DNA from: Reclinomonas americana ATCC 50394 | Taxonomy: Eukaryota | Assembly (NCBI GenBank): GCA_048213135.1 | Contig: PS015096.1 | Span: 30,657 to 81,267 of the forward strand | DNA: 50,611 bases | Reading direction: 5' to 3' | Made by a program: the position numbers and the translations under genes | Shown here: positions 25,089-39,256 of the stretch, piece by piece | Layout: each line of letters starts with the position of its first letter | Numbering within the stretch: position 1 is the first letter of the stretch | The notes under the pieces: model-generated | Database searches by the model: none | The model's input: only the letters and a program-made list of their open reading frames with translations | What the model was told of the DNA's origin: nothing

Positions 25089-26383
25089 TCAGGGTTCGCT
25101 CGGCGGTGGTAGCGGGGGTGGTGCAATAACAGGCAGTGCCGACGGCCATGCCAGCGAACCAGACGGTTGTGAAACGACAGCAACGAAATCCATGGGCGGA
25201 AGAACAATGGTGACTGGAGAGGGAGCAGCAGCGGCGGCGGTGGACTGAGAAGCAGCATTGCTGGACACTCGGTTGGAGTCGACTGGCGCTGAGAATCCAC
25301 TTCCACTCGCGTCGTCTGCCACCGCACTGGCGGAATCTGCACAACCTCCCGATGCCGCACCGTCGGCCGCTGCAGTCGCACCGCCGGTCATGGGCGTCAT
25401 CTGCACACCGTGATTGCGTGCCAGGTCGATTTCTCCCGGCGTCGGAATATGTAATACTGCCACGAGAGTGAGCGTCAGCACAAACACACCCACCGCGCGC
25501 GTAGGAATACCAGGACGCACCATATTCGGTGACGTTGCCCATGTGGTTCGCATGCGGAAACTGCACCAATTAAAAAAAAACAAGCGCATTAGCGGACGCA
25601 AGCACACCCACACGCACACGCACTCGCACACCCACCATGACAAAATTCGGCGAGTGCGGTGTATCGGGAAACGTCGGCGGTAATTGCCGTCGATCTACGA
25701 GTGGGTCGCGACCCGCAGCACCCGCCGCCGACACGTTGTTGCGCATCTTGGCCACCTCCGCTAACCGCTCGTCCTCCCGCGCCGCAAACACGGCATCGCG
25801 AATGGCCATCTGATACATTCTCTGGCGATCTGCGACACACAAGGGGGAGTGGGAAAATGATCCACACTCGAGTGGGGAGGGGAGCGCACACGACTCAACT
25901 GGCCAAGTCTCGCCGTCGCTCAATGCCGCGCCGCAACGTTTCACGACAACTGGCACACCCTCTACATATACAACAACACGAGTTCTCGCAGCCCTCGTTG
26001 CACCACAGCATGCAACCGAATGTCAGCTGCACCCACGGGAATCCACAACACAACGAACAACACATGACAGTCTTGAAGAAGCAGCCGAGGTCATCGCTGC
26101 ACCAGCGGGGAGGGGGTGAGTGGAGGACAATGGAGAGAGAAATGCAAAAAACGAGAGAGAGCACGCAACGTCGACAGCAACGGGATGCACGTCGCATAAC
26201 AATCGCGAAAGAACTCCCGTTTTCCTGCACGTGCGCAGCAGCAGCAACAACAACAATCACGTGAGCAGACAAGCGCACAAACTTGCTCATGCTCCCTTGC
26301 AAACTCCCTCGCCCCTCTCACACTCATTCATTCCTCTCCGTCTCTCTCACGCACACTCACGCAGTTCTGCTCCTCTTCGTCGT

Positions 26384-26418
<35 letters not shown>

Positions 26419-26840
26419 CTATTCCTATCAGTCACGCCAACTCACTGCATCATTCCACTCTCATCTCCTTCTCCTTCCCCTCTCCCTCTCCCACTCCTCT
26501 CACACGCAACTGCACGCCCACGCTCCCGACGAACACCCATTCTACGCACACACACACACACACAGCAAATGCATGGAAACCGTCAGCACACACCGCATGT
26601 TACACGCCACGCACCGCACGCGGACAACAACCACCACCAAACAAACGCAACGCAAAACGCAAAGCAACAGTTGGCCTCTGTGAGGTGCACATGATGAGCA
26701 GCAGCAGCAACACAAAAATGAGGAAACTCCGGTGAAAAAACACGCTCGCACGCCACACATCTGTGAGATGATGCGCTACTCTTCTTTCGGTCGAGACACC
26801 CACAGAAAAAAACAAAGCACGAAACGCACACGCACGCACA

Positions 26841-26872
<32 letters not shown>

Positions 26873-27071
26873 AAAGAAGAGGCACTGTCACGTGCGCACA
26901 GACAAACACACACACACGCAATATGATGCTGATTCGCGCCATATTCACACACGCAGATACGCCTCACACTTTCTCTATTTGTCATTGTGTTTTTCACACA
27001 CTCACACAGAGAGACGCACCTGGATCACGACACCCTCGACAGCAACAGCCATCGCGATCACTGTGGTCCAT
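25089..27071 (-). CDS. Cysteine-rich hypothetical protein (5' exons uncertain)
   Basis: Exons MDHSDRDGCCCRGCRDP; KREFFRDCYATCIPLLST|DDLGCFFKTVMCCSLCCGFPWVQLTFGCMLWCNEGCENSCCCICRGCASC...; Ser/Pro-rich tail. The upstream joins were not fully resolved. Confidence 0.55.
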
Positions 27072-27358
27072 TGCGCTAACCCAAAGTCATAACACAGAGA
27101 GTGGGGGCTGTGTGAGACGAATGACCCGAATCAGTTGATCGAGTGGAATTGACTGAGCGGGACAGAAGAGAGTGCGTGGCTCGCACTGTCCGCGGCTGTC
27201 CCTATCGTTATACTCGGCGACTATTCAACGAGACGCACGCGTGTCGCTGTGTGAGGAACTATGTTGCGTCATCGGTGCTCATATGTACACGAAACGCGCT
27301 CGGTGATCGTTTTCTTTTTTTCGATTTGTCCTGACTTCTCTTTTCCTCCTTACGTAGG

Positions 27359-30358
27359 ATGGCGGCGTCGGCCAGCAGCAGCAACACTGTGGTTCGCGTA
27401 CGCAAGATTACCTATGGAAACGCTCCGTTACCGGATTCGCGGCACCCGAGCGCGGCCATGATGGCGAGCATTCTCGGCGGGAGCGATGCGCGACGCTTTT
27501 CGGCACCCTCCGCCGCATCGCTCTTTGGCAATGGCGGCGATTCAGCGGCCGCGGTCAGTGGAACGAATAGTGCGCTGGTGTCGGGACGAGGCTCCGGCGC
27601 AGAGGTCGCGAATCTCACACTGCTTCCCGAGGTCTTTTTTGTTCTTCGTGGCGTTGTCGTTGCTCTTCTTCTCCTCCTCACACGCGGTGGTAGTTCAACG
27701 AGCAGGGAGTGGCGACGGGCGGATCGATGTCGGCGCGTGGCACCTCCAAGGCGCTGCGCAAGCCGCCGGCGTTGAAGCCCAAGTACATTCACGTGGACTT
27801 TGTGGTGGAGTCGTCGCCGTCGGCGGCCTCCACCATGGTCTCGTCGTCGTCGACGCGTTCGTCGAATGTGCGGCGGCCGTCGTCGGCACCGAGGGAACGT
27901 GCGTCGCCGGTGAGTGATCACAACAAGGAAGCGTCTGCTGGTGCGGATCAGGCGGCACCGGCGGCGGCACCGGCAGTGGTGACTCGACAGCGACGCATCT
28001 CGTTCTCCAGTGCGCGGGCGGCACCGTCACCGGGATCACCGACGACGGCGGCCACGCAGCGACGGCGAGCGAGTGTGGGAGCCTTGTCGCAGCCGACGTC
28101 GGCGCGGGTGTCGCGACAGGAGGTGGTTGGTGGTATCGATTGGGCCGTGCGTGCACGCATGCCGCCGGCGGCGCGACCGGTTGCCACCAAGTTTGCACGC
28201 TCGTCGGTGAATCATGCGAAGATATTTGCGTGGGCCGACACGGACGCCCCGGGCACGGCGCACATTGAGTTGCCACCGACCGCCGGCTCCAATGGCGTCT
28301 GCAACTCGCCCAGTCGCGCCTCATCTCCGTCGCGCTTCTCTCAGGCCTCGTCCTCATCGTCGGTGGCGGGCCATCGGCGATCGCCACCGTCGCCGATCGA
28401 TGTCGACGGTGGTCGTGCGTCGCCCGTAGATCGCCGCCCATCGCCGTTTGCCGCCAGCTCACCGCCGAAACGACCGCCCTCCGACACTCCCCTGTCGGGT
28501 GCCTCGCGCCCGCTCACATCGCCACCCCCACGAAGACCCTCCAGTGCGTCGATACATCATCGCTCGACAGCAGCCGCTGCTCCCGCCCACCACCCCCATC
28601 CTCCTCCTCCTCCTCCCGCTACTGCCGTCACCTCGACTACGCCCACTGTCGTTGCCGGCGAGTCACACGACAGAAGGAATCAGCGTCCAGGTTCACCTCT
28701 CATCCTTCCGCTGGACCTCAAAATGCAATCGGTACAGCAGCCGGAACCGCCACGCCTGGAGAGGAATCACGCCGTGTCCACCGAGGATGTGTTGGCGTGG
28801 ACTCGCCGTCAACAGCAACAACAGAAGCAGCAACAACCGGCTGCTCCACAACCACAACAAGCTCCTCCACCACCGTCATCCAAGCCAGCAACGGCGTCTG
28901 CCTCGTCGACGCTTCACAAGACTCGTAGTGAGCCGCCTTCTGCACGATCGGTTGCGTACTGTGTGCTGTCGGATGCCGCTTTTCTTACCTGGCCCTTTTC
29001 TCACCTCATGCACAGGACTCGGGAACTCGCTCGCCTCGACCGCCACCCACCGTCGCCCCCCAGCAGCTGTCTGCGCGGCGCACCTCGGTGGTGCACAGTG
29101 TTCTCGGCTCGGTCTCCATTGGCATGCCGCCACCGCCGTCGCTGCTGCCCGACGTGGCCACGGTGGCGTCGGCCCGGCGGAGCAGCCGTGATGTCGTGGT
29201 GGTGCCGGCGGAGAAGCCGAGGGCGATGCCACCATCGTCGCCCGTCGCCGGCGAGAGCAAGATCCGCACAAGCGGCGGTCTGAGTCCAACACGCCTGTCC
29301 ACCGAGATCCAGCACCACGTGGTGAACTCGGATACGGAACACAGCGCTTTTCGTCTTCGACACGGCCGCCTTTCCGAACAACCTGAAGCCGGTCGCTCAG
29401 CCGCACGTCGCCTCTCACCGTCTCCCTCGCCGGCACACGGGGCGCAGTCCGAGCCGCCGCCACCACCACCACCACCTCCGCCTCAACCTCAACCACCCGC
29501 TCCACGTGCACCTGCTGCCGCCTCTGCAGCTGTCACACCGCGCAAGGCAGCCTCGTCTGCTGCTGTCACACCACGGCGCGCCGATGTGACGCCGCCACTA
29601 CGACCGACGTCGCCAGCCGATGCGGCCGAGTTGAAACGGAAACTTGAGCACGCTGGTAAGTAGTACTTGTGTTTCGCTCCCCCCCCCCTGTTTCTGAGTC
29701 TCATACATGACACGCACGCAGATCGACGACACAAGCACATTACACGCTTTCGGAAGCAGCACGAGCGCGCCCTGCAGCAGGTTGCAGTGACGGCCGTTCC
29801 CTCGTCGCCGTCACGAGCAAGGTCACCCTCCTCGGGCACACCGACCCGGTCACGTTCACCGGCGCGTCGCACTGCGGCGCAGAGCAGCAGACCGGGCTCA
29901 CCGGCCACCAAGACCACTGTCGCTGTCGATGACGGTGTGGCGGCACTGAAGGCGGCAGTCATGGGCGGCATGCCGGGATTCCCCGTCGAAGACCTCGTGG
30001 TGGAGATTGACGAAAAACGCGTCAATCGTCTCAAACTCTTCAATGGCGGTCCACTGAAGGCCACCACAAGGTGACTACGATTGTGTGGTGCACAACTTTC
30101 AGGTGCTGCGTGTGGCACTGACGCGAAGATGCATGGTTGCAGGGCACAACCCTTCCAACTGGCCACTGCGGTGCAGGTGCAAGGACCGGAGCGCCCTGCT
30201 TCGGCGCGACCGGCATCTGCTGGCCGGTGCGTGTATGTGTGTGTGCACGTAGCATTTTGGTGGTGGTGTTGTTGTGCTCACCGACATTTTCTTGATCATG
30301 AAACAGGTCTCGACCGCGTCCAGCCGGGCTATTTCCTTACTCCAACAGAGACACGTAG
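27359..30358 (+). CDS. Ser/Pro/Arg-rich, largely disordered hypothetical protein
   Basis: Long ORFs (27709-29283, 29088-29663, 29667-30074) are linked by canonical-looking introns. Predicted stop TAG at 30356-30358. Confidence 0.6.
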
Positions 30359-30442
30359 CAACAACAACAACAATAACACTTCATTTTTCTTTACCATTTA
30401 AAACAACAACCGCGGAAGCTCGGGGCGCATCCACTGTGGAAC

Positions 30443-33400
30443 CTACTGGCAGTACGAGTCGTCGCTGAGTCCGGCCAGCTCATTAATTATTGCGGCCACG
30501 TCGGACTCGTTGATGAGGTGTCGTCGTGATGGTGGTTTGCCTACATCGTATGTCGCGCACTCCATGGCCTCGCAGCGCAGCACACCAAAGTCCTCCACGT
30601 ACGCCTCGGCCAACAGCACACTCTTCCTGGCACGTGCATATGCCGCCAATGCTTCCAACTCGGCCCCACACTGACTCAGGCGGCGTGTGTGTCGCTCGCG
30701 CTCAATATCCTCCTCCAGGCGGCCCTGTGCGCGAAAGTAAGTCAGTGACTGCACTGTGCATGGGACTGAAAGCCACGTACACGCACCATGTGGAATGAGA
30801 AACGCTCCTGCAACTCGGCGTCGTAGCGGTTGCGGACCACCACGTACTGTTTGTATAGTCTTGCGACATAAGTCTTGACCGATTGCATAATGTCAGATCT
30901 GTGTGGTGCAGTGATACCAGTCAGCGATTCGGTGACAGGTCACGTGGAGCGAAAAAAAAACTCACCGACGAATGTGCTGCGTGGGTGGTGTAGGCGATCG
31001 CAGACTGATGAAAAAACACGATCAACGGCGTCAGTTCAAACACAACATCTATGCAACTGCAAGCGCCCGTCACACCACTGCAGACCTGCGTCGGAATGCC
31101 TCCAGGCGCTCGTGGCTCATCGACAGATTTTTCATGAGGCCGGCGATCGTTACCTGCAAGTGCATTCCACTGCTGAGGCGATGCTCTATGGTGGAAAACA
31201 ACACAGGTTCAGTGCAAAATGAACCTTTTGATCGCCCCAGTCAACAGTCGCAGCCGGCCGGCCAGCCATCTTGTGAAGCAAGCGCAGGTACGTGATGACC
31301 TTCAGCGCATTGACGTAAAACTGTGCATCACATGCTTGGTGAATAAAAAGACACACATGCGGGCGAAACCACAAGCCGTGCGTATACCAGACTGAGTCGG
31401 CAGCGGATCCAGGTGCGCGCAACCTTTTGCGCCGTTCGCACTGTTGGGGGGTGGACAAAGAGCATCACTTGTCAGGGTCGAGAAAGAGAAAAAGTGGCAG
31501 CAACAGTTGTGTGTTTGAGTCGTACCTTGTCGGCGGTAGAGACGCATGGCGGAGCTGAATTTGCGGGCCAGCGAGTACACGTCGAGCGTGCGACGAATGA
31601 TTTCGATCGCATGCCTCTTGCGCTGCACCTTCCAGTTGAGACGGAAGAGCCACGTGTTTCTGCGCAATCGTGAGTACATCCAGGATCACTGTAATGTGCA
31701 GCAGGGCTATATGCTCACCGCTGCATGAGCGCAATGGACTTCTTGCGTCGAATGTGTCGTCTAAACTGCACCAGCGGCAGCAGTATTCTCTGCAGCACGA
31801 GCGCAGCACGATGTCGTGCCTCGATCCAGTAGCGCACCTCACGATCCACACGCAGTCGCTCGCTCCAACACAACAGTCTGCAGATACCTGCAATGTTCAC
31901 CATCCATTGCTGCACAAAACACCGCACTCTCATCAGCAGGCTGATGGTTAAGTCACATGCGCTTCTCCAACACACCTTTTGCAGTGGTCTCTTCTTGACC
32001 AGCTCAAGCTTGTGCGCTTGCATGCTCTCGGCCTTGTGCTGCCCTTGCTCCGTTTTCTCCACCTGCCAGGAAGCACATGCGTGGGTGAGCAGACAGCAGC
32101 AGTATCATTGATGCGCTGCGAGTGGTGCGTGCACGCAACAGTGGCCACAAAGTGCATTTGGCGCTCCATCTCGAGCTCGGCGTGGTGTCGCCAGATCTGC
32201 TCCTGTCGCTCGTTAGCCTTGTCCACCTGCACGACTCCCACGTGAGTGCTTGTTGGATGGACCACAGGCGTTCATGATACAATAATAATATTCACCTTGG
32301 CTGCGAGGTTCTCGGCGCGCTGCTCCGGCGTCTGCAACGCCAGCGTCTGGATGTTGCGCTCGATAATATTGTTTGGGTCTTCCCGCAACGCGCGCTTNNN
32401 NNNNNNNNNNNNNNNNNNNNNNNNNNNNNNNNNNNNNNNNNNNNNNNNNNNNNNNNNNNNNNNNNNNNNNNNNNNNNNNNNNNNNNNNNNNNNNNNNNNN
32501 NNNNNNNNNNNNNNNNNNNNNNNNNNNNNNNNNNNNNNNNNNNNNNNNNNNNNNNNNNNNNNNNNNNNNNNNNNNNNNNNNNNNNNNNNNNNNNNNNNNN
32601 NNNNNNNNNNNNNNNNNNNNNNNNNNNNNNNNNNNNNNNNNNNNNNNNNNNNNNNNNNNNNNNNNNNNNNNNNNNNNNNNNNNNNNNNNNNNNNNNNNNN
32701 NNNNNNNNNNNNNNNNNNNNNNNNNNNNNNNNNNNNNNNNNNNNNNNNNNNNNNNNNNNNNNNNNNNNNNNNNNNNNNNNNNNNNNNNNNNNNNNNNNNN
32801 NNNNNNNNNNNNNNNNNNNNNNNNNNNNNNNNNNNNNNNNNNNNNNNNNNNNNNNNNNNNNNNNNNNNNCCAACGTCGCCGACGGGAGGAGACAGCGGAT
32901 TTGGGACGGGTTTCCTCGCACTGTCGAATGCCGCCGGACTGAGCACGGCTCCACTGGAGCACGATCGCCGGCCACCGACAGCGGCGGGGTCGAAGAAGCA
33001 CCCTCCGCCGAGCGACTTTGGCGGTCGGTTAGGTGTCAAGCGCCCGCGCTCAATCGACAGCAATCCGTCGGAGAGCAAGCCAGAGTCGCCCGAGGGTGAC
33101 TTGCTGGCCGCGCTTCTTCGTTGCGTCTGGCTGTCTTCTTGTGCATCTTCCCTGTGTTTTTTCTCATCGCTGGGCGTGAACAGACGAAGCAGAGGAACTG
33201 CAGCAACGAAGGTTTGCCGACCCGCTCCACGGCACTGGTGGCGTGGGTGCCGGTGGTCGTGCTGGGCGCGGTGGACAGCGGGCGGTGGCGACACCCGAGA
33301 GCGAAGGACGTCCGTTCAGCTCCATGGAACCGGAGCGCCCGATGTCGAAGGCGCAACCGCGACCGCGATACGTGAACGTCAAAAAGAAGGTCGCCGACAC

Positions 33401-34765
33401 TGTCAAGTACTACTTGCATCATCCAGACGAGTTCCGCGAGTTTGAGCGTCGCGTCAGTTGCGTTGGGGCACTGTGCTCAGCACGGACTGCAGGAATTGTG
33501 GGCTCATTCCCTTTCTCGCGCACAGACGACAAGGAATCGCAAAAGNNNNNNNNNNNNNNNNNNNNTGCACTAATAGAAGTGGTGTGACGCGAGCGGGGCG
33601 ATGGATCCGCCGAACGCCGACCCAAGTCGCTGGGCCATCGGCGGCGAGCGCGCTTGGCTCGGTCCGTGGTCTCCCACCAGTCGTCGTCGTCCTCGTCAAT
33701 CATCTCTGCCAGTCGGCGCACGGAGCTGTCGCACCCGCGCGTCGTCACATACGAGAGTGCCGACACGGTACCGTTGCGCACACGCGATTGTGGCGACAGC
33801 GAGACTGTGCGCGACCGAGGCGACACGCTGTGTCGTTCGGGGCGCTCACACTTGCGCACCACTTGTCGCAGCGACTCCAACGCCTGCACGGCGTGCTCAC
33901 GTTGCTGAAACAGCGGCGGGGTTGGGATGGGTGGTGAATCGCGCGCAAGTCGTGTGCGATCGTAAAAGCTGCCGGTGCTGGCCACGCTGCCTCGGTGCTG
34001 CATGGACGCGTCGCCAATGGCATCGAGCAGAATCCGGTTGCGGAAATTCGTCAACACCACGGCCTCCGGCGCTGTGGCGAACGGCGCCAGCGGTGGCCGT
34101 CGGCTGGTGGAGGTGCCACTGGCCGTGCTCATGGTGCTGCCGCGCCGCATCGCGGCAATGGCGATCGACGGCGATCGCTGACGCATCACTCCCGGCGTAC
34201 CCGGCATCAACGATGGCCGACGCACTCCCTCGCCATCGCCACCGCTCACCGACAACGAGATGGCGATAGGCACGGCGGCAGAGCCAGGCTTCTGCAGCTG
34301 CGCCAGCGATGGGCGCCGCAGAGCGTCATCGCGGTAGTCGGCAGCAGCGGCAGCAGTGCGCGACACATCGCAGCTGTCGCCGTCGAACCCACCGCCATCG
34401 CTGCCGGCATCGCTGCCGGCCACCGAGAAGCGATGCCGCTGCTGCATGAGCAACGCCGAGTCGTGCGACACGTGACGCTGGCGCTGTTGCGCGATCACCG
34501 TCGACAGGCGTCGATTGTCGTCGCTCACCCTGAACCGTACTGTCGATTCCCGTCGTGCCTGCGCTGCGGCGCGCGCCGGCGCAATCAACGTCGTGACCAG
34601 AGGCGTGGCCGACATGGGCGACGGCATGGAGAGCGACGACGACTCGGCCACCGATGTCGATCGCGCAGACTCATCGCCGCCTTGCGAGCTGAACGATGAG
34701 TTGGGCGACATGGCCGTCATGCAGTCGTCCATCGACAAGTGCGCATGCCGCTTCGCCGTCGACAT
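30443..34765 (-). CDS. Hypothetical protein with coiled coil and IQ-like helices (segment 32870-33545 is on an inverted contig, + strand)
   Basis: In-frame joins HTTSISA(33566-)|PTSPTGG(32870+) and DKESQK(33545+)|KRALRED(32397-). Motif RLNWKVQRKRHAIEIIRRTL...KFSSAMRLYRRQVRTAQKVARTW. Confidence 0.65.
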
Positions 34766-35200
34766 GTCGAGTCGGTGTTGCTGTTGTTGTTGTTGTTGTC
34801 GTCCGTATCAACGGCGACGGGTGGTGATTGTAAGACGATTGTTGCTCTTTTTGTGCTGCGTGTGTACGGAAACACGCCGCCGACCACTCCGCCTCTCCAC
34901 ACACAATATGCGCTCAGAAGGAAAACAAGAGCGACGAGCGCGCGCACACGCACACACACTCAGAGGACGCAGACGGGAGCGTGTCACTGCGCGAACGGGA
35001 ACGCGATGAAAACCGGGTGTGGAAACACCACACACAACCGTTGCCCGATGGGCCGCGGTGACATCCGTGCGGTATTGCAATGGGGGACAAGGCGCCTACG
35101 TTGCAAGCGAGGCAAGCAAAGAGGGAGCGGCGTGTGCGTGGAAGCGAGTGACATACTCCAATGCATACGCGTGCGTGTGTGGGAATCAATCAATCAGGCC

Positions 35201-35214
35201 CAATCAGTTGATTG
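35201..35214. promoter_or_regulatory. Candidate promoter element CAATCAGTTGATTG (near-palindrome)
   Basis: The AATCAGTTG core also occurs at 27129 and 39123, each in an intergenic region upstream of a start codon. Confidence 0.4.
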
Positions 35215-35447
35215 AGTTCTTCCGGTCAAGCATGCACGCAGAAGCATGCACACCTAGCATCACTCTATCCAGCGCATACGAGGCTATAGATAAAGCGCGA
35301 GACCACGAGCTTGCATGCAAGCGCAGACAAGTCGACATGAGTATCGATGATGCGCGTGGATGACATCTCGGACACCCAAACGCCCGCGCTTGTCTCACGC
35401 ACTCACTGCCTCCCAACGCTGTGTGTGTGCTTGTGGAGTGTGAGTGA

Positions 35448-38400
35448 ATGTCACTCTACAGTCGACGGCGAGCGGGTTCCGCCGCCCCGGCTCCTCTCTC
35501 CGACGCCGTGTCGACTCCCTCTGGATCCACTCAGCGACCGCAAGCTACACCTCTCTCCGCGCAGATGAGCCACATGCGCATCATGCGCGCGTCGCCCTCG
35601 GTCTACTCATCACCCAAGACGCCGGCGACCTACATTGCAAGTTCCTCACCCGGAGCCTCAGTTCAGTTCACTTGCTCTCTCTCACTCTCTCTCTCACTCA
35701 TTAACACTTGACTGACTTAACTCGTCGTCGCTCAGCCACCACTGTCGCAGCGGCATGATGATCAACAGCAACAGCAGCAGCAGCCACCAGCAGCACCACA
35801 AGAGGAACGCAAGCGGAATCGCTCAGTGGCAGCGTTTCTGTTCGCCGCGGCCGTGGCCAGTCAGGAGGGCAAGCTGCAGAGCACACCGAGTGCACGCGAC
35901 CTGCTGCTGGCCGAGAGACAGACGTGCGGCTCTCTCTCCTCTTTGTGTACGCTCACGCCCTCCGCTGATCTTCTCTGTCTTTCTGGGCGTAGATACATGG
36001 GATCGCCAGTGGCCACCGCAACGCGTCTGTCACCCTTGGCGGCCGCCGCACAGCTGCCACCGCGCTTGACGTCGGTCCTGGTGCAGTCCAAGTTGCTGGA
36101 CGATGTGGTCGACGAAGTGTGCAACAGTGACGATGACGACGACGACGATGCTGCGGCTGGGATCATTCGTGACGATGGCGACGACGGCGACGATGATGTG
36201 GGAACGAGCAGTCGGAAGACAGTTGGTGGTGGCAGTGGTATTGAGCGTGACGACGATGGTGAGCCGTTCTTCTTCTTCCGCGAGCACGCACCGCGGCCGG
36301 CGTCGGCTATATCGACGGCGTCGGCGACGCGCCCGACGTGGTGGCGCATCAAGAGTCGATCGACACCGCTTGCTGTCTCCTCGGCCACTGCTGTCGCTTC
36401 GCCGACGTCGACCACGCTGCTCAGTGCCACCGCTCGGCGACAGCTGGTGAGCACCGGCACCAATGCCAAGTCGTTGATCCGACGCGCCACCTCGGCCGTG
36501 TCTCGTGGCTCCCCTTCGTCGGCATCGTCCGCATCGTCGCCGGCGTCGTCGGCGTCGGTGATTATGGAGGCTGCCGCCGTCTCCACCACCAAACAGCCGC
36601 GCACCAGCCAGTGGTGGCTGGCTGCCCAACGAGAACCACCGCCGGTGACGCCGCAAATGTCGTCCACCCCGCTGCTGTCCACGTTTGACCTCGACGGTCT
36701 GCTGCCATCGACTCCCGGTGGAGGTGCGTGCGAACAGAAAGAGAGAAGTGGACAGAAGAGCTGACACGTTGCATTTCGTCGACGCAGGCTCCACTTTCCT
36801 CACCGATCTCGACCACCTGGGCCCGGAAGAGGAGACGCTGTCGTCCATGTCGCAGTCCATGACCACGGTGCAGTCCTTGTCGACCATGAGCAAGACGCCG
36901 GCGCGGCGTGCACACGCTGTGACTCACGACATTGCACAAGTGATTCGTTGCGTTGGTACTTCGCTACCCCTCACGTGGTACTTTTTGGTGCCTCCTGTGA
37001 CTGACTCGGGCCGCAGATGAGGTGGAGGAGATGCAGCGCTCGCTCAACAGCGGCAACATCCCCGATCGCCTCATTCCCGACCACGTGCATCGCCAGCCAG
37101 CACTGCTGGCCAGCATGTCGTCGCACCACGGACATCGCGGCTCGGTGGTGCAGGGTGCGGGTAATACACCGGGACCTGCGACCGGTGGGACGCCGGGAAA
37201 GCGCCCCCGTGCTCGATCGGCTTCCATCATGTCGCGACGCTCACGGCGCAGGACTATTTCACCTCGTGCGGTGGGCTCGGACGACGAAGGCGGTGGTGGA
37301 ACGGAGATGCTGGTCGACATGAGTTTCGAGGACAGTCACCGACGCGGCCCGCAACACGTCAATCTCAAGGAGCGTGTCAACTCTCGCTTGGATCTGTACT
37401 TGCACGATGAGGAGGCGGCCAAGGTGTTTCTCAAGCGCACACTGGAAATGGAGGAGGATGTTGCGTGTACTCGTACCCGAATACCACCTTTCTCTACACC
37501 TTTCTCTACTCCGCGTATTTGTACTCAATACCCCTCCCCCCCCCCCCCCCCTACACAGCGTCGCAAGCAGCGCCTATTACGTCCGGTCTCGGCCAATGCC
37601 ATCTATCGGAACACCAAGTCAGTGGTTGATCGCAGCCCGGAGCGTCGGCAGCAGATCGAGCAAGCCAAGGCGGAGCGTACGCGGCAACATGCAGAGGACA
37701 CGGCGCGAATGCATGCGGAGCGTGTGGCTGCGCGCCTGCAGCATCATCAGGAGACGGTGGCGCGCGTCGAGCAACGGCAACAGCAGTTCGAGGAGGAGTC
37801 GAAGCGGGCGCAATTCATTCGACGACTGCGACCACAGATCAAGACGTGGCTGGCACTGGCGAACCTGGCCGTGCGACTCGAATTCATGAGCGACCGTCTC
37901 AACGAGTTGCGCAAGGAGTGGAAGGAGGCTCGCATGCGCGAGTGGGCCGCTCGTGTCATCCAGGAGCGCTTCTTCCCGGTGGTCAAGGCGCGCGGCATGC
38001 TCGTGATTCGGCGGGCGATGAAGGTGCTTGGCCGCAACATGTGGCGTGCCATGCTTAAAGTACGCCTCATGCGCAAGCGGCGTGCGGTCGAGCTCATTCG
38101 CTTCTATATCTCGGGCCTGTCACACACTCGCAAGTTCGTCACGGCGGTGGAGGCCTTTGCGCGGTCAGTGCGTTTCGTGCAACGTGTGGTGCGCGAGTAC
38201 GTGGCGAAGAGGAGAGCCAACATTGCACTCAATGTGGAGGTGAGAGAGGCTGTTTTTTTGCATGCTGTGCTGGCGCAAGAGAGCACCACTGACGCGACTT
38301 GTGTGCTGAGCAGAAGGTGTTGATGTACCTGCGCGTGCTGCATAAGCTTTCGGTGCGCGCATCGCAGACGCTGGAGTGGGCACCCAACGACGTGGAGGTG

Positions 38401-39114
38401 CCGTATGCGCTGCTGGTCCGTCGACTGCAAATTGACGAGGCCGCCGTGGATCATTTCCGTAGCAAGCTGCTGACCATGACACCGCCGACGCACCAGATCA
38501 CCCGGTGAGTGAGTGTTGTCGCTTGTCCATGACCTGTGTGTGCGTATACGTTGCTCACACCAGGAGACAGAGTCGACGTGCAGGAGGCGGTACACACCTT
38601 GTCTATCGAGCATCGGCATGCGGTGGTGCAGGAGCAGCTGGAGTGGGAGCGTGAGCGTGACGAGTTGATTCGTGAATCCGTTGATCGAACCATGGCTGAA
38701 CGCCGCCGAGAAGAGGCACTGCGGATGCTGGCAACTGGTGGCGATTCCGAAGGTGGAGCCGGTTCTTCCGGCGGTGGTGGCGCGCCGTCTTCCATGTACT
38801 CCACGTCGGCTGAGGCCGAGGAGTCGCTCGTCAAAGTTCTCCGAATGGCCTCCGACTCGCTGATGCGACGCACGAGGCCGTCACAACGAATCGTCTTCAA
38901 CGAGGACGACTGCGCCGAGGTGTGTCATTCTTTTGCTTACATGTCCGCTCGCGATCGGCAGTATCTCACTGCATGCCAGGTCATCAATCGCCTCATCACG
39001 CTCGTACGAGAGCGCAACTTGGTCGCCGCTGCAAACGCACGTGAGACCCGACGATCGATTGATAATCAGTCGCCATCATCCAGCATGAGTGGGAGCATGA
39101 GTGGGAATGGGTAA
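35448..39114 (+). CDS. Hypothetical protein with coiled coil and IQ-like helices, paralogue of 30443-34765
   Basis: EWAARVIQERF; KVRLMRKRRAVELIRFYI...KFVTAVEAFARSVRFVQRVVREY. Stop TAA at 39112-39114. Confidence 0.7.
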
Positions 39115-39256
39115 AGAAAGGCAATCAGTTGTCGCATCTTTTTTCGGTGGATTGGTCCGTCGCCCAACACACCGTCTTCGCATCTCGCCCCGCACGCACA
39201 CAAAGCCCTTGACCTTTAACCCAACGGAATCACACACAACACAATCGCCGATCGTC

